A DNA stretch of 64,000 bases from Octopus sinensis (Eukaryota): the NCBI RefSeq assembly GCF_006345805.1, contig NC_043001.1:1426001-1490000 (forward strand). Direction: 5' to 3'. The notes under the pieces are model-generated. The model was not told the DNA's origin and ran no database searches. It was given only the letters and a program-made list of their open reading frames with translations. The position numbers and the translations under genes were made by a program. Positions within the stretch are counted from its first letter, which is position 1. Every line of letters begins with the position of its first letter. This document shows positions 44,021 through 57,307 of the stretch, piece after piece.

Positions 44021-45529
44021 GTTATTAATTATTATTCTTAAGGTGGTGAGGTAAGAGAATGATAAGCACAGCAGGCAAAATACTAAGCAGCATTTTGTCT
44101 GTCGTTAGGTTCTGAGTTCAAATTCTGTCAAGATCAACTTTGCTTTTCATCTTTTCAGGGTTGAAAACCTAAATACCAGTTGAATCCTGGGGCTGATGTA
44201 ATTGACTTACCCTCTCTCTGAAATCACTGGCCTTGTGCTAAGATTTGAAATCATTATCATTATGTTGGTGGCAAACTGGCCAAACCCTTCAGGCATCACA
44301 TGAAATGCTCCGCAGCCTTTCTTCCGACTCTTTTACATTCTGATTTTAAATCCGGTTGAGTTCATCTTTGTCTTTCATTCTTTCAGGGTTCAATGGCAAA
44401 CTTCAAGTAAAATTGTTCAATTAAATTCTTCAGTCTTTTATTTCATGGTATGAAAAGGGATTAACCAAATGGCAAGAATGAGGTCATTTTGGCTGGGTAT
44501 ACCTAGGTGACGATCATATTACTTGCAGGGGTGCAGTGAAACAATCCAGACATGGGGCAGTTTTCTGCTGCATCACCTATTTCTGTAGACACATTTTACT
44601 GATGTAGACAGTTGGTTGGGACACTGTATAATTGCAGGGTGTTTTATTGATTGAGTTGAGATTAAATTTTTCGATGAGATAAAATATTAAACATACATAC
44701 ACAATATACATGCATATGTTCAATATACAATATATTCATACATGTACCTGCATACTGTATACACACATACACTGTACACACACATACATGTGCATACATG
44801 ATGTACACACACACACATATGTATACACACACACATGTATACACACACACGTATACACACACACACACATGTATACACACACACACGTATACACACACAC
44901 GCATGTATACACACACACACACACGTATACACACACACATATACGAATGGAAAGAAATTCCAAAGCAACTGACACAGCTTCATCAGCATTACATTCGCAA
45001 GTTCAGTAGTAGTAGTAGTAGTAGTAGTAGTTGTCACTATAGTAGCAGTAGTAGAGGGAGGAATTGTAGTAGCAGTAGCAATAGTGCTTGCAGTAGTAGT
45101 AGTAGTAGATGTAAGTGTAGAAATTACAGAATCAATGTTGGAGGAAGTTGAATGAAAACAAAAATATTTTTTTGTTTGAATTTTTAGTTTTGTTCATTAT
45201 AAAAAGTAAAAAAAAAGAATTCTGTTGTGGTTCAGATTTCTTTGGTTTTCTTCAAAACTTTTATATTACCTTTCAATTTTAACATTTATATATATATATA
45301 TTTTTTTTTAATGTTTTAAAATTTATTTTTGTTTATTATTTTAACTTTTTTTATTTTTTTTTCCGATATTGTTGCAACTGAATTCCGATGAAAAATAAAG
45401 AAAACAATCAAAAATATACATTTGATAAAATAAACAAAACTATTGTGTATACAACTAGGAAGCAGTGAGCAGTGTGTGTGTGTGTGTGTGTATATATATA
45501 TGTATATATATTTATATATACATACACAC

Positions 45530-45602
45530 ACACACACACATATATATGTGCATATATACATATACACACACACACATATATATACACATATATACATAAG
45601 TA

Positions 45603-45643
<41 letters not shown>

Positions 45644-45865
45644 TTGTATGTGTACATGTGTAGTTAAATTACTGTTTCCATTCATACAAAAACAACACAC
45701 ACACACACACATATATATGTGCATATTATACATATACACACACAACACATATAATACACATATATACATAAGTATGTGTGTGTATATATATATATATTAT
45801 ATATATATGCATGTATGTGTACATGTGTAGTTAAATTACTGTTTCCATTCATATACAAAAACAAC
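45530..45865. repeat. Tandem duplication, period ~167 bp, of a microsatellite-rich unit with a unique core
   Basis: tgtatgtgtacatgtgtagttaaattactgtttccattcat occurs twice (tagttaaatt at 45661 and 45828). Confidence 0.85.
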
Positions 45866-45951
45866 AAAGCTTGGCTAAATGAAGGATTCAATACAAGTGC
45901 AGCATCTAATGTCTGTTAGAATATCAATGATAGTTGGAGTAAGCAACTTAC

Positions 45952-45971
45952 CTGGCAAATCTCTGAAGTCA
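45952..45971 (-). other. Candidate 20-nt micro-exon (strongest splice signals on the minus strand)
   Basis: aaattttctttctacttgcag|TGACTTCAGAGATTTGCCAG|gtaagt. Confidence 0.45.
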
Positions 45972-46388
45972 CTGCAAGTAGAAAGAAAATTTTATTATAT
46001 ACTTTTGCATAGATGAAGGAAGGTATGTATGTTTACATTGTAAGTGTAAACAAGTGTGTATGCAGGTGAATGCATGCATACATACATACATACATACATA
46101 CATACATACATACATACATACATACAGACAGACAGAGAGAGAGATAGATAGATAGATAGATAGGTAGATAGATAGAGATATGAGGGTGATGATGTATGTA
46201 TATATTTAATAAGAGTAGATCATCGTCATCATCATCATCATCGTCGTCATGTATACGTCTGTTTTCTATGTTGGCATGGGTTGGATGGTTTCATGGTTGA
46301 ATGGGTTTATCTGGTATTGCTACAATTGTATCTTTAGGAATCTCTATTGTGACATAAATGCAACTGGTGAGATGGTGCAACAACTTAC

Positions 46389-46450
46389 ATAACTCCCAAA
46401 TAAATGAAGGAACAGGGACTTGTTGCTTAATCAACAAGTTGTCAAGAATA
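46389..46450 (-). other. Candidate 62-nt exon
   Basis: atattgacag|...GGAGTTAT|gtaagt. Open frame ILDNLLIKQQVPVPSFIWEL is phase-compatible with 45952-45971. The polypyrimidine tract is weak. Confidence 0.3.
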
Positions 46451-47074
46451 CTGTCAATATTATGAATCGTCTGTAATTAAAGCTATATTATATATCACCA
46501 TCATCATCATCATGTTGTTTAACGAGTGCTTTCCATGCTGGCATGGGTTGGATGGTTTGAGGAGAGCTGGGTAGGCAGAGACTGCACCCTGCTTCACTGC
46601 TTCTTTTGGCATGGTTTTATTTTTTGGGGCCGGATGTCCTTCCTAACACCAACCTCTCCACAGAGTGGACAGAGAGAGATAGACAGACAGGTGCAATAAA
46701 TGTTTTCCCGTTCTCCTTCAACTCTGTCATTTGCAATGTTAATGGTTTTCAAATTCTTCAATTTCACCAAATATTTTAGATGAGATTTGTTATAGATTTG
46801 CATGACTCAGGATGTGTTCTGGACAGGCATATATATATATACATATATATATATATATGTTCATGTGTGTGTTGGTTATATCATTTTATCAGTTTTGTTT
46901 CACCTGTATGTTCACAGGTTTATCATCCAAGTTTTGGTATTGAGCACTTTCTTCCATTTATACTGAACAGGTACTTGTGTGTGTGTGTGTGTGTGTCTGC
47001 ATGCACCTGTGAATATTTCTAAATACACATATATGCACACATATACCCACATGTATGTGTATGTATGTGTGTAC

Positions 47075-47107
<33 letters not shown>

Positions 47108-47120
47108 AAGTTTACGAATA

Positions 47121-47204
<84 letters not shown>

Positions 47205-47211
47205 ATGTATG

Positions 47212-47420
47212 TTTGTGTTCTCTGTTTGTCCCCCTAGCATTGCTTGATAACCGATGCTGATGTGTTTATGTCCCCGTCACTTAGCGGTTCGGCAAAAGAG
47301 ACTGATAGAATAAGTACTGGGCTTACAAAGAATAAGTCCCGGGGTCGAGTTGCTCGATTAAAGGCAGTGCTCCGGCATGGCCACCGTGAAATGACTGAAA
47401 CAAGTAAAAGAGTAAAAGAG

Positions 47421-47422
<2 letters not shown>
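47212..47422 (+). mobile_element. Young 3' half of SINE (8117 family)
   Basis: CpG-rich copy with gaaacaagtaaaagagtaaaagag tail. Confidence 0.9.
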
Positions 47423-47453
<31 letters not shown>

Positions 47454-47871
47454 ACACACAGATGGATGTGTGTTCAGCTACAAGAATCAAGATTCTCTCC
47501 CCGTCCCAACCATTTCCCAGATGCTGAGATGCTGCGATAAATTAGCAGATGGTGACTTATTAAAAATGTAAACAGAAACCTGCCTGACACAACTAATTTG
47601 CATAATGGTGTCGTTTGACAGCACTGCACTAATTACTACACTACCAATGGAGTGTTGGTGATGAATAAATAAACATCTGCTGGTATGCGCAGTATGTATA
47701 TTTAGTTTTACTATGAAATTAGTTCAAGAAGGGTCTTTTGGTAGTTTGTGAGGTGGGGAGAAATTGAAATTATTGGTTTTTGTAATAGTTACAGATTCTT
47801 TGAGATTATTTTCCCACACTCCTTCAAGACAAGGAAGCACATATACATACAGGTTTATATACACGTGTATA

Positions 47872-48755
47872 CATGGTCTGATCAATAAGTATCCGGACTG
47901 TTGCCATAGTAAGGAAGCTAAAGCACACAGAGTGAAGCTGCTTGACATAGATCGACCTTAAACTCTGTTGTGCTTGTGCACAAAGTTTTAACATTGTATC
48001 TCACTTCTGCTGTTTAGAGCAGTGCTTGGAAGGAAGGTGTGTAGCGTGTGATCATTGTATTGACCAGACCATGACAGAGAAAGTTGAGCAGAGAATCAGC
48101 ATCAGATTTTGCCAAAAGCCTGGTGATACCAGCTCAGAGGCTTATGCAAAGTTTTCAAAAAGTTTCCATAGTTCTCAACACAATCAATGAGATCTTGTGC
48201 AACTGAAATCCAAGTGCCTTTTTGGTCAGCTAAAAGCAGTTTTGGCACAAACTTGGCAGACATGCATCTCATACACAGATCTTCAGTGATAATAGACTGA
48301 ACCAAGCCATATTCACATCCTCATGGATGCTGATTCAACGATTTCCTCTCAAAGTTTCACACACATCTGTGATGTTTTTCTTAGTTCTGCTGGTTGCATG
48401 TCACCCAGAACGTTTGTCAATATTGACATTTTTTTGGCCATCTTGGAAACATCTGAACCACTTGTACACTTGTCTGCGGCTGATGCTCACCTCTCCACAC
48501 CCTTTCTACAAGTTTGTGTAGGCCTCTGAGCCAGCATTGCTATGACAACTTTCTCTGTCACGGTCAATGCAACAATTACACGCTACACACCTTCCTTCCA
48601 AGCACTACTGTAAAGAGCAGAAGTGAGGTAGAACATTAAAATTTAGTGCACATGCACAACAGAGTGCAAGAGCAGCCTTTACCAAGCAGCTTCATCCTGT
48701 GTGCTTTAGCTTCGTTACTATGGCAACAGTGCAGATACCTATTGATCAGACCTCG
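47872..48755. mobile_element. Mariner-derived non-autonomous element with two 5' ends (~280-bp inverted arms)
   Basis: TA-flanked TIRs CATGGTCTGATCAATAAGTATC / rc CGAGGTCTGATCAATAGGTATC. Plus strand reads MTEKVEQRISIRFCQK; minus strand reads VQSIITEDL...SAKFVPKLL. Confidence 0.9.
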
Positions 48756-49235
48756 TACATGCATGCATATACATAAGCTCATATATAACTGAGTGTAATT
48801 ATTTCATATATACATACATATGTATGTAAATTACATTTTCACACACACACACACACACGCATACATGGAAAGTAATGTGGTCTGTAAGTCAATCACGATT
48901 TAGTTGCTAATAATAATTACTGAAATCTCAACTAATTTAATTAGAGTTGAAAACAATTCTTGGTCCAGACAAATCCCACCAGAAATGGAAAATTGATGGC
49001 TTTATGTGGACAGCTGTATTTTTGCTTCTGTTATCATCTCTCATAAATGTGAAATATATGACAGTGTGTGTGTAAATATATATATATATATATCTTTCAC
49101 TCTCTCATATATACTTATATATATGTATTAATGAAAATATACACATTAATCTGTCTATCAATTTCTCTCCTTCTCTCTCTCACATGCACACACTCACACA
49201 GAGATACACACATGCATAAACACATATATACATAC

Positions 49236-49320
<85 letters not shown>

Positions 49321-50344
49321 TAACAAAAATCCATAAAGAATCAAGGCATATCAACCTGAAGAAAGCCATTAATTGGTTAAAGAGAGACATGCAGTGAAAT
49401 TATCCCTTATGAGCCTGGAAGGTATCTATGAAATTAAAATGCTATCGTTGGGTAATCTGCTATTCCCATGATTTACAAACCGTACAGCAAAAAATAAAAC
49501 ATGAAGTAATGAATGGATTCCCAAGTGTTGCTACAATTGTTTTGTTATGAGATTTATTTCGATGTAAGCATAATACAATCCTCACCAAGCTGAGAGTGAC
49601 TGGACAAGCCAACAAATCATTTGTGTCACATTTGAAGAAGAGTTGCCTGATGAGCTTTGGAGTTGCATAGTGTCTGCAGAACCTGAATAACGGCAGGATG
49701 TTTACATAGAAATAAAACTGCCTAAGAAAACTACTGTAGAAAGATTCAGAAAGTCATTGGTTTGTTTTATTACACACACACACACACACTCACACACACA
49801 CACACACTCACACACACACACATTCTTTGAATTCCAGTAAATATAATAAACACAGTTGTATACTTGAAGTCAATGACTCTTAAACATTGCCCACTTCCAT
49901 TTATCAACACTCTTTCAATGGCCCCTTGCTGTGACTCAACATAATTAGAAATGGATCCCCAAAAGTTCTTGTTGACAAGTTGATCATCTTTAAAAGATTT
50001 CTTTCATCTGAGTAGAGATATTCAAGTTGGCTAGAGGGGTGCTAGCAGCATGTGTGTGTGAGTGTGTGTATTTGATATAATATATGATCATTTTTAAAGG
50101 TTTGTATCAGACTAGTTTACCATGTCTGAATCGTATGATTTTCTGAAGCCAATCCAGGCTGTCTGTATATTGTGGTGATGGAAGCATGTATACACCTGTA
50201 TGTGTATGCGTGTATGCGTGTGTGTGTGTGTATGCACATGTGCCTTTATGCCTGTAAATCTGTGTTAAGAGAAATAGGTAGGGTGTGTATTTCCCAATAT
50301 ATTTTACTGATATATACATATATAGAGATATATTAAGAAGATTT

Positions 50345-50460
50345 TTTTTCCGTAATGAGATAAAAAAACCAAGGCTGTGTAGATTTTAGAACATTTATAA
50401 ATAGAAGGTCTTACAGCTGTTTCTAGGATATTTATTATATCCCTTCACCAGAGACGGTAT
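50345..50460 (-). mobile_element. Penelope-like terminal repeat remnant
   Basis: Contains a minimal hammerhead motif; a related degenerate copy lies at ~61570-61600. Confidence 0.6.
50408..50455 (-). ncRNA. Minimal type-I hammerhead ribozyme-like motif
   Basis: GTCT-CTGGTGA-A-GGGATAT-AATAA-ATATCCT-A-GAAAC-AGCT-GTA-AGAC; one core deviation (A6G) from CUGANGA. Confidence 0.7.
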
Positions 50461-50498
50461 GAGAAGATGGTTAAGCAATAGTTTTATCTCTCTCTCTC

Positions 50499-50550
<52 letters not shown>

Positions 50551-51381
50551 GTTCATAGATGAGATCCAAATATCCTCCACATAAAATACACTTATAGTGC
50601 TCAAGAGATTTAAACTTGAGCAGGTATAGAATTCGATGTGGGGATAAGCACATTAGACAGATCAATATACAAGGAATATCTAATACATTAAATACACAAA
50701 AAGTATGTTTGCACACGAAAAAGGTCCAACTTACACAGAATAGAAATGATATCAAGAATTAAAGGGTTTTCCTATTTAATATTCTTTGTATACCAACCTG
50801 CCAAACTTGCTCATCCTTATATTTACTCCTATACACACACACGTGTGTGAGAGTGCAATGATACATTTCTATGTGTAAGATAGTTTATATAATTGTGTGT
50901 TTATGTGAACAGATATATTTGTATGTCAATGTGCATATCATTTTCATGACCTCCTCCCTATTCCACACTTGCAACGGTCAAATGGAATTTATTGATGTAC
51001 ATTTTCTACAAACAGATGCTCTTTCTGCCACCAACATTTACTGTTTCCAACAATAACATGTCAAGACAATACACATATGCTATCGCATTCACATGTACAT
51101 ATATTTCTAACCATGCCATCAAGGAACCTGGATGTTAAATGATGATGATGCTGTATGCAATCAGCTTCTTTCAGTTTTCCATTTATCAAGTCTCAAGTGT
51201 CTTTGATCACCCAGGGCCATGATAGAAGACACTTGCTCAAGGTGACGCCCTGCGGGAGTGAACATGAAGCCAAGTGATTGGAAAATGAGACTTTTAACCA
51301 CATAGCTGTAATTTTGCTTGTGTGTGTGTGTCTGTATGTGTGTGTGTGAATCTATATATGCTGTATGCATATATATGCAAT

Positions 51382-51441
<60 letters not shown>

Positions 51442-52010
51442 TGGCTGCCCTCCTCGTTATCGAGTATGGCCATCGCACGAAGTTTAATCAATGTTGTTAT
51501 TGTGCAATGCCTGTGCAATACATGGTGGCATATATATATATATATATATATATACATACATACATACATACATACACACACACACATATATATATACATA
51601 CATACATACACACATACATGTGTGTGTATATATATATAGATAGATAGAGAGATAGATAGACAGACAAACAGATAATGATGCAAATACACAAATAAAACTG
51701 CTTGGGCTAGATACATATACAATATATATCCATATCTACATGTAGATAGAGAGACAATAAAGACAGAAAATATTCAGATAACGAACATTTGTGTCTAAAT
51801 ATACAGATATATATTAATAGAGCAGATTTACGCAAAGTACATAGACAGAGAAAATTAAGGGGTGAGGGTATGTTGGTACAGATCTGACGGCTGTTTCTGG
51901 GGGCTCAGACTTATGTCATAATCCTGGCTGATGTAGTTCACAAAAAGTTAAAGATTTACAACCAGTAGCAAAACATATAAACACTTGGTAAATCCAACCT
52001 CTGTCTTCAG

Positions 52011-52173
52011 GATGGAGAGATACATATCAAACATTCCAAATCAATATGCTAGGAAATTTAAAGGTAGAATTGGTGAAGTGGAAGGCCATCACAATTAAAT
52101 ATCTGCTCAACTGGATTCCTCTTACAGCCACTCTTTACCGCATCGGCTTAGTCCTTGCAAAACATTTTGGAAA
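52011..52173 (+). other. Candidate 163-nt exon (or decayed Gypsy pol fragment)
   Basis: ctctgtcttcag|...TTGGAAA|gtaagt. One frame is fully open (WRDTYQTFQINMLGNLKVELVKWK...); another frame weakly resembles Gypsy pol (FKGRIGEVEGHH...PHR). Confidence 0.3.
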
Positions 52174-52765
52174 GTAAGTTCATATCATTTGAATGCAAGA
52201 AAGTGTTTTCTATATTGAGAACCTCTCAATCTCATCTTTTATTCCCTCTCTCCCTCTCTCTCCACTCCCCCTCTCTCTTCGCCCTCTCTCTCTCTCTCTC
52301 TGCATATCCATCAATCCATCTTTCTATCTAGCTTTCTCTGAAACATTCTCTCTCTCATCTGATGGACAACCAACCTAAACTCCAAGGAAATACCGAGAAC
52401 AATGGATTGTTATAGTTCACATGCGTACACGGGAGAAGATTTACATATGAATAATCATTCCTCTGCTGATATGTGTGTGTCTGTGTGTGTGTGTGTATAT
52501 ATATATATACATACATACATACATACATACATACATACATACATACATACATACATACATACATACATACATACATGCATGCATAAACACACACACACTC
52601 ATATGTTAGTTTGCTGATATACAACATTTATGTTTCCTTGGATTTCTAAGTGTTTTGATAAACACAAATGCGAATGCTTGTTTTATTTGGTGTCTGAGTA
52701 CACAGACTGATCCTGTGTTGCAATGTATGCTCATGTATGAATCTATTTATGCATGTATGTGTATG

Positions 52766-52796
<31 letters not shown>

Positions 52797-53421
52797 ACAT
52801 ATATATCACCACCATCGTCATTTAATGCCTCCTTCATCGCTGGTATGGGTTGGACAGTTTGACAGCAGTGGGCATATTGTTCAGGAAGTATATATGCATG
52901 TGCACGAGTATTTCTACACACATGCATACACATTCTCAGATTATTATCAAAGCATACACATACACATATGCACACACAAGCATGTGTATGTATAACTGTA
53001 ACTTTTGCTTGAAGTCCCGTATAGATTTATAGAAAGAGAAAAATATAAGTATGAATTTGATGACTATTTGTCTGAACAGCAAAAGATCATTTTCACAGAA
53101 TGTGCAGTGCAAACACGTTATATTGCCTTCAAACATAAACTACACAGAAAAACAAATAATAAAACATACATAACAAACATCACAAAAAAAAAACAACATA
53201 AAAAGTAAGCAGCAAGCATGGATTTTTATAGAGATACTTTTAACTGCTACACATTGGTTATTCTACTCAAATAACAGATAGATATCATCATCATATGTAT
53301 GTATGTATATGTGTGTGTGAATATATCTATTATATGATACATACACAAATATATAATATATATACATAACCATATATATTAATATATGCATATGGGTATA
53401 TATATGCATTTACATATCTGG

Positions 53422-53501
<80 letters not shown>

Positions 53502-54343
53502 TATATTATATATATTCATATATATGTGTATAACTATATATATTTGTATACATATATGCATTTATATATATATATATATATGTTCGTATATGTGTGTGTG
53601 TGCATGTATACACACACACATTCAAATACACTCACATGCATGTTAATTCTTACACGTATATATAATGTATGCATGCACATACATACATGCATATTCATTC
53701 ACATATATGTATGCACAGATCTTCATAAGAGCATTTGTCTATGTGTATCTTCCCATACAAACACACAAACACCAGTTTCTAGAAAACACTAAAACCCATC
53801 AATGCATTGCCAACAGTTCATTTACATTCTCGGCTAACTTCATCTTTAAACATTGATTTTGCTTGTTGCTTGCTTCAAGTGTTTATATAGACATCTACCA
53901 TATTGTATTTATGTGTGTGTGTGTGTGTATTTTGCTGGTTGTATAAAATAGCTGCAAGTGGGTATATGTTACAAGAGATGGCCAATGGTTCGTTTGTACA
54001 TTTCATAAACATTGTATTAGCTGCAGAGAATTAACGAACACTGGAAGATATCTAATCTGTGTGTAGGTGCAACTTTTAATACTTGTTTGTGTATGCATTG
54101 CATAAATATATGTATATATGTGTGTGTGTGTGTGTGTTTATGTAGGTAGACTTGTGTGTATGTGTTAATGTTTGATGTATTGCATGGTTTATTTGTCGTT
54201 ATGTTTTTTATGTATTGTCTCAGTTTTTGTTATCTTACTCTTATATATCACAAAGAATCTTATATACTCCCCAGGCCATTGTGTGTATATGTGTGTGTGT
54301 TAATATATATACCATGCATATATATTACGTGTATGTGTGTGTG

Positions 54344-54390
<47 letters not shown>

Positions 54391-56441
54391 CCATATATAT
54401 ATACACACACACACAATCACACACACTTGCACACACGTGTGCTCACACACATGCACAAATGTTTTGAAGTGATCTCCACTGGTTTGAATATGGAGAATTC
54501 CAGTTATTCATATCCACTGAAATATTTAATTACTGCATCATAATGTAAGTGGTTGAATATTCCACAGACGCCTTAACCCTCTGACCTAATCCATGTTACA
54601 TTGCATGTGACAAGTCTGACCATTTCATATGCTGGTGCAGTTTTTTAGTTTCCCTGAAAACTCTTGGGTCATTGACTTCCTGCTTTTGTGGAAGACATTT
54701 GCTCAAAATGCCACACAGTAAAGTCCAAGCCTGATCATCAGGATTCAAAGCAACCTTCTTCACCACACACACATGGCTGAGTGTCTTCTGTGTGTGTGTT
54801 CATGTATGTAAGATGAAACAAAGTTGAGGATGACTGGTGGGAGTCTATGGTAGCAAGGCTTAGCACCAGTTGGAAAATGGGACATAAACAATGTGGTAAA
54901 ATTGCAGTGCTGAGTAAAAAATATCCAGCATCCTTGGACAGCATCCTTCCTGAGTGTAAAGTGGACAATTGAGATATAAAGACAGCTGTGTTTTACAATC
55001 TCTATACTAGAGAACAGGCTGCAACTTATGGGGAACACAATACACCATAACTTTGATTAAGTAGCAAGAAATTGGAAGCCTTTCATACATTTTATTTAAT
55101 ATATGTTTTTTTCCATTCCAGCAGGATTTAAATGGAAGGTAATGGAGGCCGAACTTTTATGACTGGATGTCCTTCCTGTCACTGATCCATAACTGTTTTT
55201 CAAATAAGGGATTTTTTTTATTCCAGAGGAATTCAAAATTGCAGAGCTAATGGATAGTTTGGGTGCCTGTGCATATCTGTGTGAATATTTACAAAATCTA
55301 ATGTCACAAATGGTAAATTACCATTTCTAGCTGGGCTGTAACCAGCAATGTTTGTTGACACATTCAACTGTTCACTAGTTCTGCACTTGCAAATTCCTTG
55401 ACTGATAAATCCCTTACTTAGAAACCACGGCCAGAGAAATTTAGGAAGTTATTATCAGACTGGATACCTGACATGAATGAGTGCAACAAAAGTACTCTAG
55501 GTTAGGCAGTAGAGTTAAACTAATCGATAATTATACCTAACACTGCAAAACAAGAATTCCAAAAAAAGCTTCCATAGAGTTTCTGTCTCTCAAATCTCAC
55601 CCACGAGGCTTTGGTCAACCCAAAGCACTGGTTCAATATAGAAAGTATAATTAATACGGCACCAATGAAGTCAGGCAGGTGATAACAGTGCTTGCATGTA
55701 ACCGATATGGCATCGTTTTTGTTATAGTTACCAATATTGTTTAGACAAGAGAATAATACAAGTTTGTTGCTGAAATGTTTGTTAAGTTGCAGAATGTGTG
55801 GTGGTGAAGGTGGGGGGAGGTTGCTGCCCTGAGCACTTGATTCTGGGCTGCATGATGGGATTGAACCGAAAACTATTCAGATGTGAAGTAAACTTGTTAA
55901 ACATACAGCTTTGCCCTAATAGATGACACCAGATGAACAGCTTCAGAAGAAATGATGGTTTCAATTGATTAGAGAAGGGAAACTTGTTTGTTGTTTGTTT
56001 AATTAGAACATCCAGCTGTGGCTCATCTGCCATTCTGTTGTTTATTCATTATTCACCAACGACATATGCTAACATTTTAAAACCTTTTTTCAGTTTTATG
56101 TTTTTGTAACCAAGAAAATGCATTTGTGAGTGTGTGTGGAGAGTGGGAAGGGAATGAATTCATTAAACATGCAGTTTTTGTCATAATAATGTACAACACA
56201 AAACCTAATTGCAATGGATGGTAAAAAAAAAAAAATACTGCATCATTACTGCAACCTATACTAATCACAAACAATTGTCTGTGTTTTTCCACACAGATGT
56301 GAGAATGTTTTACAAACAGCACAGAGCTTTCCTGGTGAACAGGAAAAGAGGCTAAAAAGACAAACACTTATTTACTCAGATACTTATCTTCTGTCAACTT
56401 CAGACTGCTGCAAAGTTTTATATATCTTGTTTATGACTTCG

Positions 56442-56523
56442 AGAGTCATAGCATCATAGAGTCACAGCATCATAGAGTCATAGCATCATAGAGTCACAGC
56501 ATCATAGAGTCACAGCATCATAG
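56442..56523. repeat. Minisatellite, 5 x 16-mer AGAGTCAYAGCATCAT
   Basis: Seen directly. Confidence 0.95.
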
Positions 56524-57307
56524 TTTTGTATCTGATATCAAAATCCTGGTCCTTCAATACAAATAAACCGCTTGTTGCATAATTTAAGTGTTACCTTAAT
56601 TAATGTAGAGAGCAAATAAATTTTAATTAACTAGAACGACATTCTTAATGAGAAAAAACATTCGTCATTGCAATGATTAATTCTGGTGAGTGACGGAACA
56701 TGATCATAAGTTGTGGCGTTCATTACAGACCAATGCACTGTGCTCTTCAGTAAGGCACTTCATATCCTGTTTCTCAAATCAATTCAGTTGAAAGTGAGTG
56801 TATCAGCTAATCTCTGGTACAGTCTATCTTTCTAACAGCTGGTTCCTCCTGGATGTTCCATGTGCTTTGGGCTTCAGTCCAGATGTGAAGATTTGATAGA
56901 TGGAAACTGAGAGAAGCCTTTTGTATGTGTATACGCACACATATGTATATGTGCTCACATCTAAGAATGTTGTCAATGTTATTGTTTTCAGTTGTTTTGA
57001 CAACAAGTCGTCTGCTTAATTCATATTTTCAATACCTCATGGAATAAAAGATTTTTCTTACTTGAGGGTTAGCGGTAGGAAGAGCACCCAACAGTAAATC
57101 ATAGCTACAATAACATATCTGATGATTAACCTTTGCAAGTATTATGAAAATGGCTAAAACAAATGAACCACAGAAGAGAATGCATGTATATATATATATA
57201 TTTAAATAATAATGAGGGAGATAAATTAATATTAATTTTAATATCAATTTAAAACCAGTAGTCCAGCATACAAAAATCTGAGGAGTCAGAGAAAATTCTA
57301 ATATATG

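Noticed and set aside
45945-45957. ACTTACCTGGCA matches the 5' end of U1 snRNA
   Set aside because: No downstream U1 sequence or Sm site follows; it is better explained as a minus-strand 5' splice site.
46903-46970. Overlapping exon-like signals on both strands (plus VYHPSFGIEHFLPFILN; minus MEESAQYQNLDDKPVNIQ)
   Set aside because: The minus version is out of phase with 46389-46450. Getting plausible calls on both strands shows how easily chance signals arise here.
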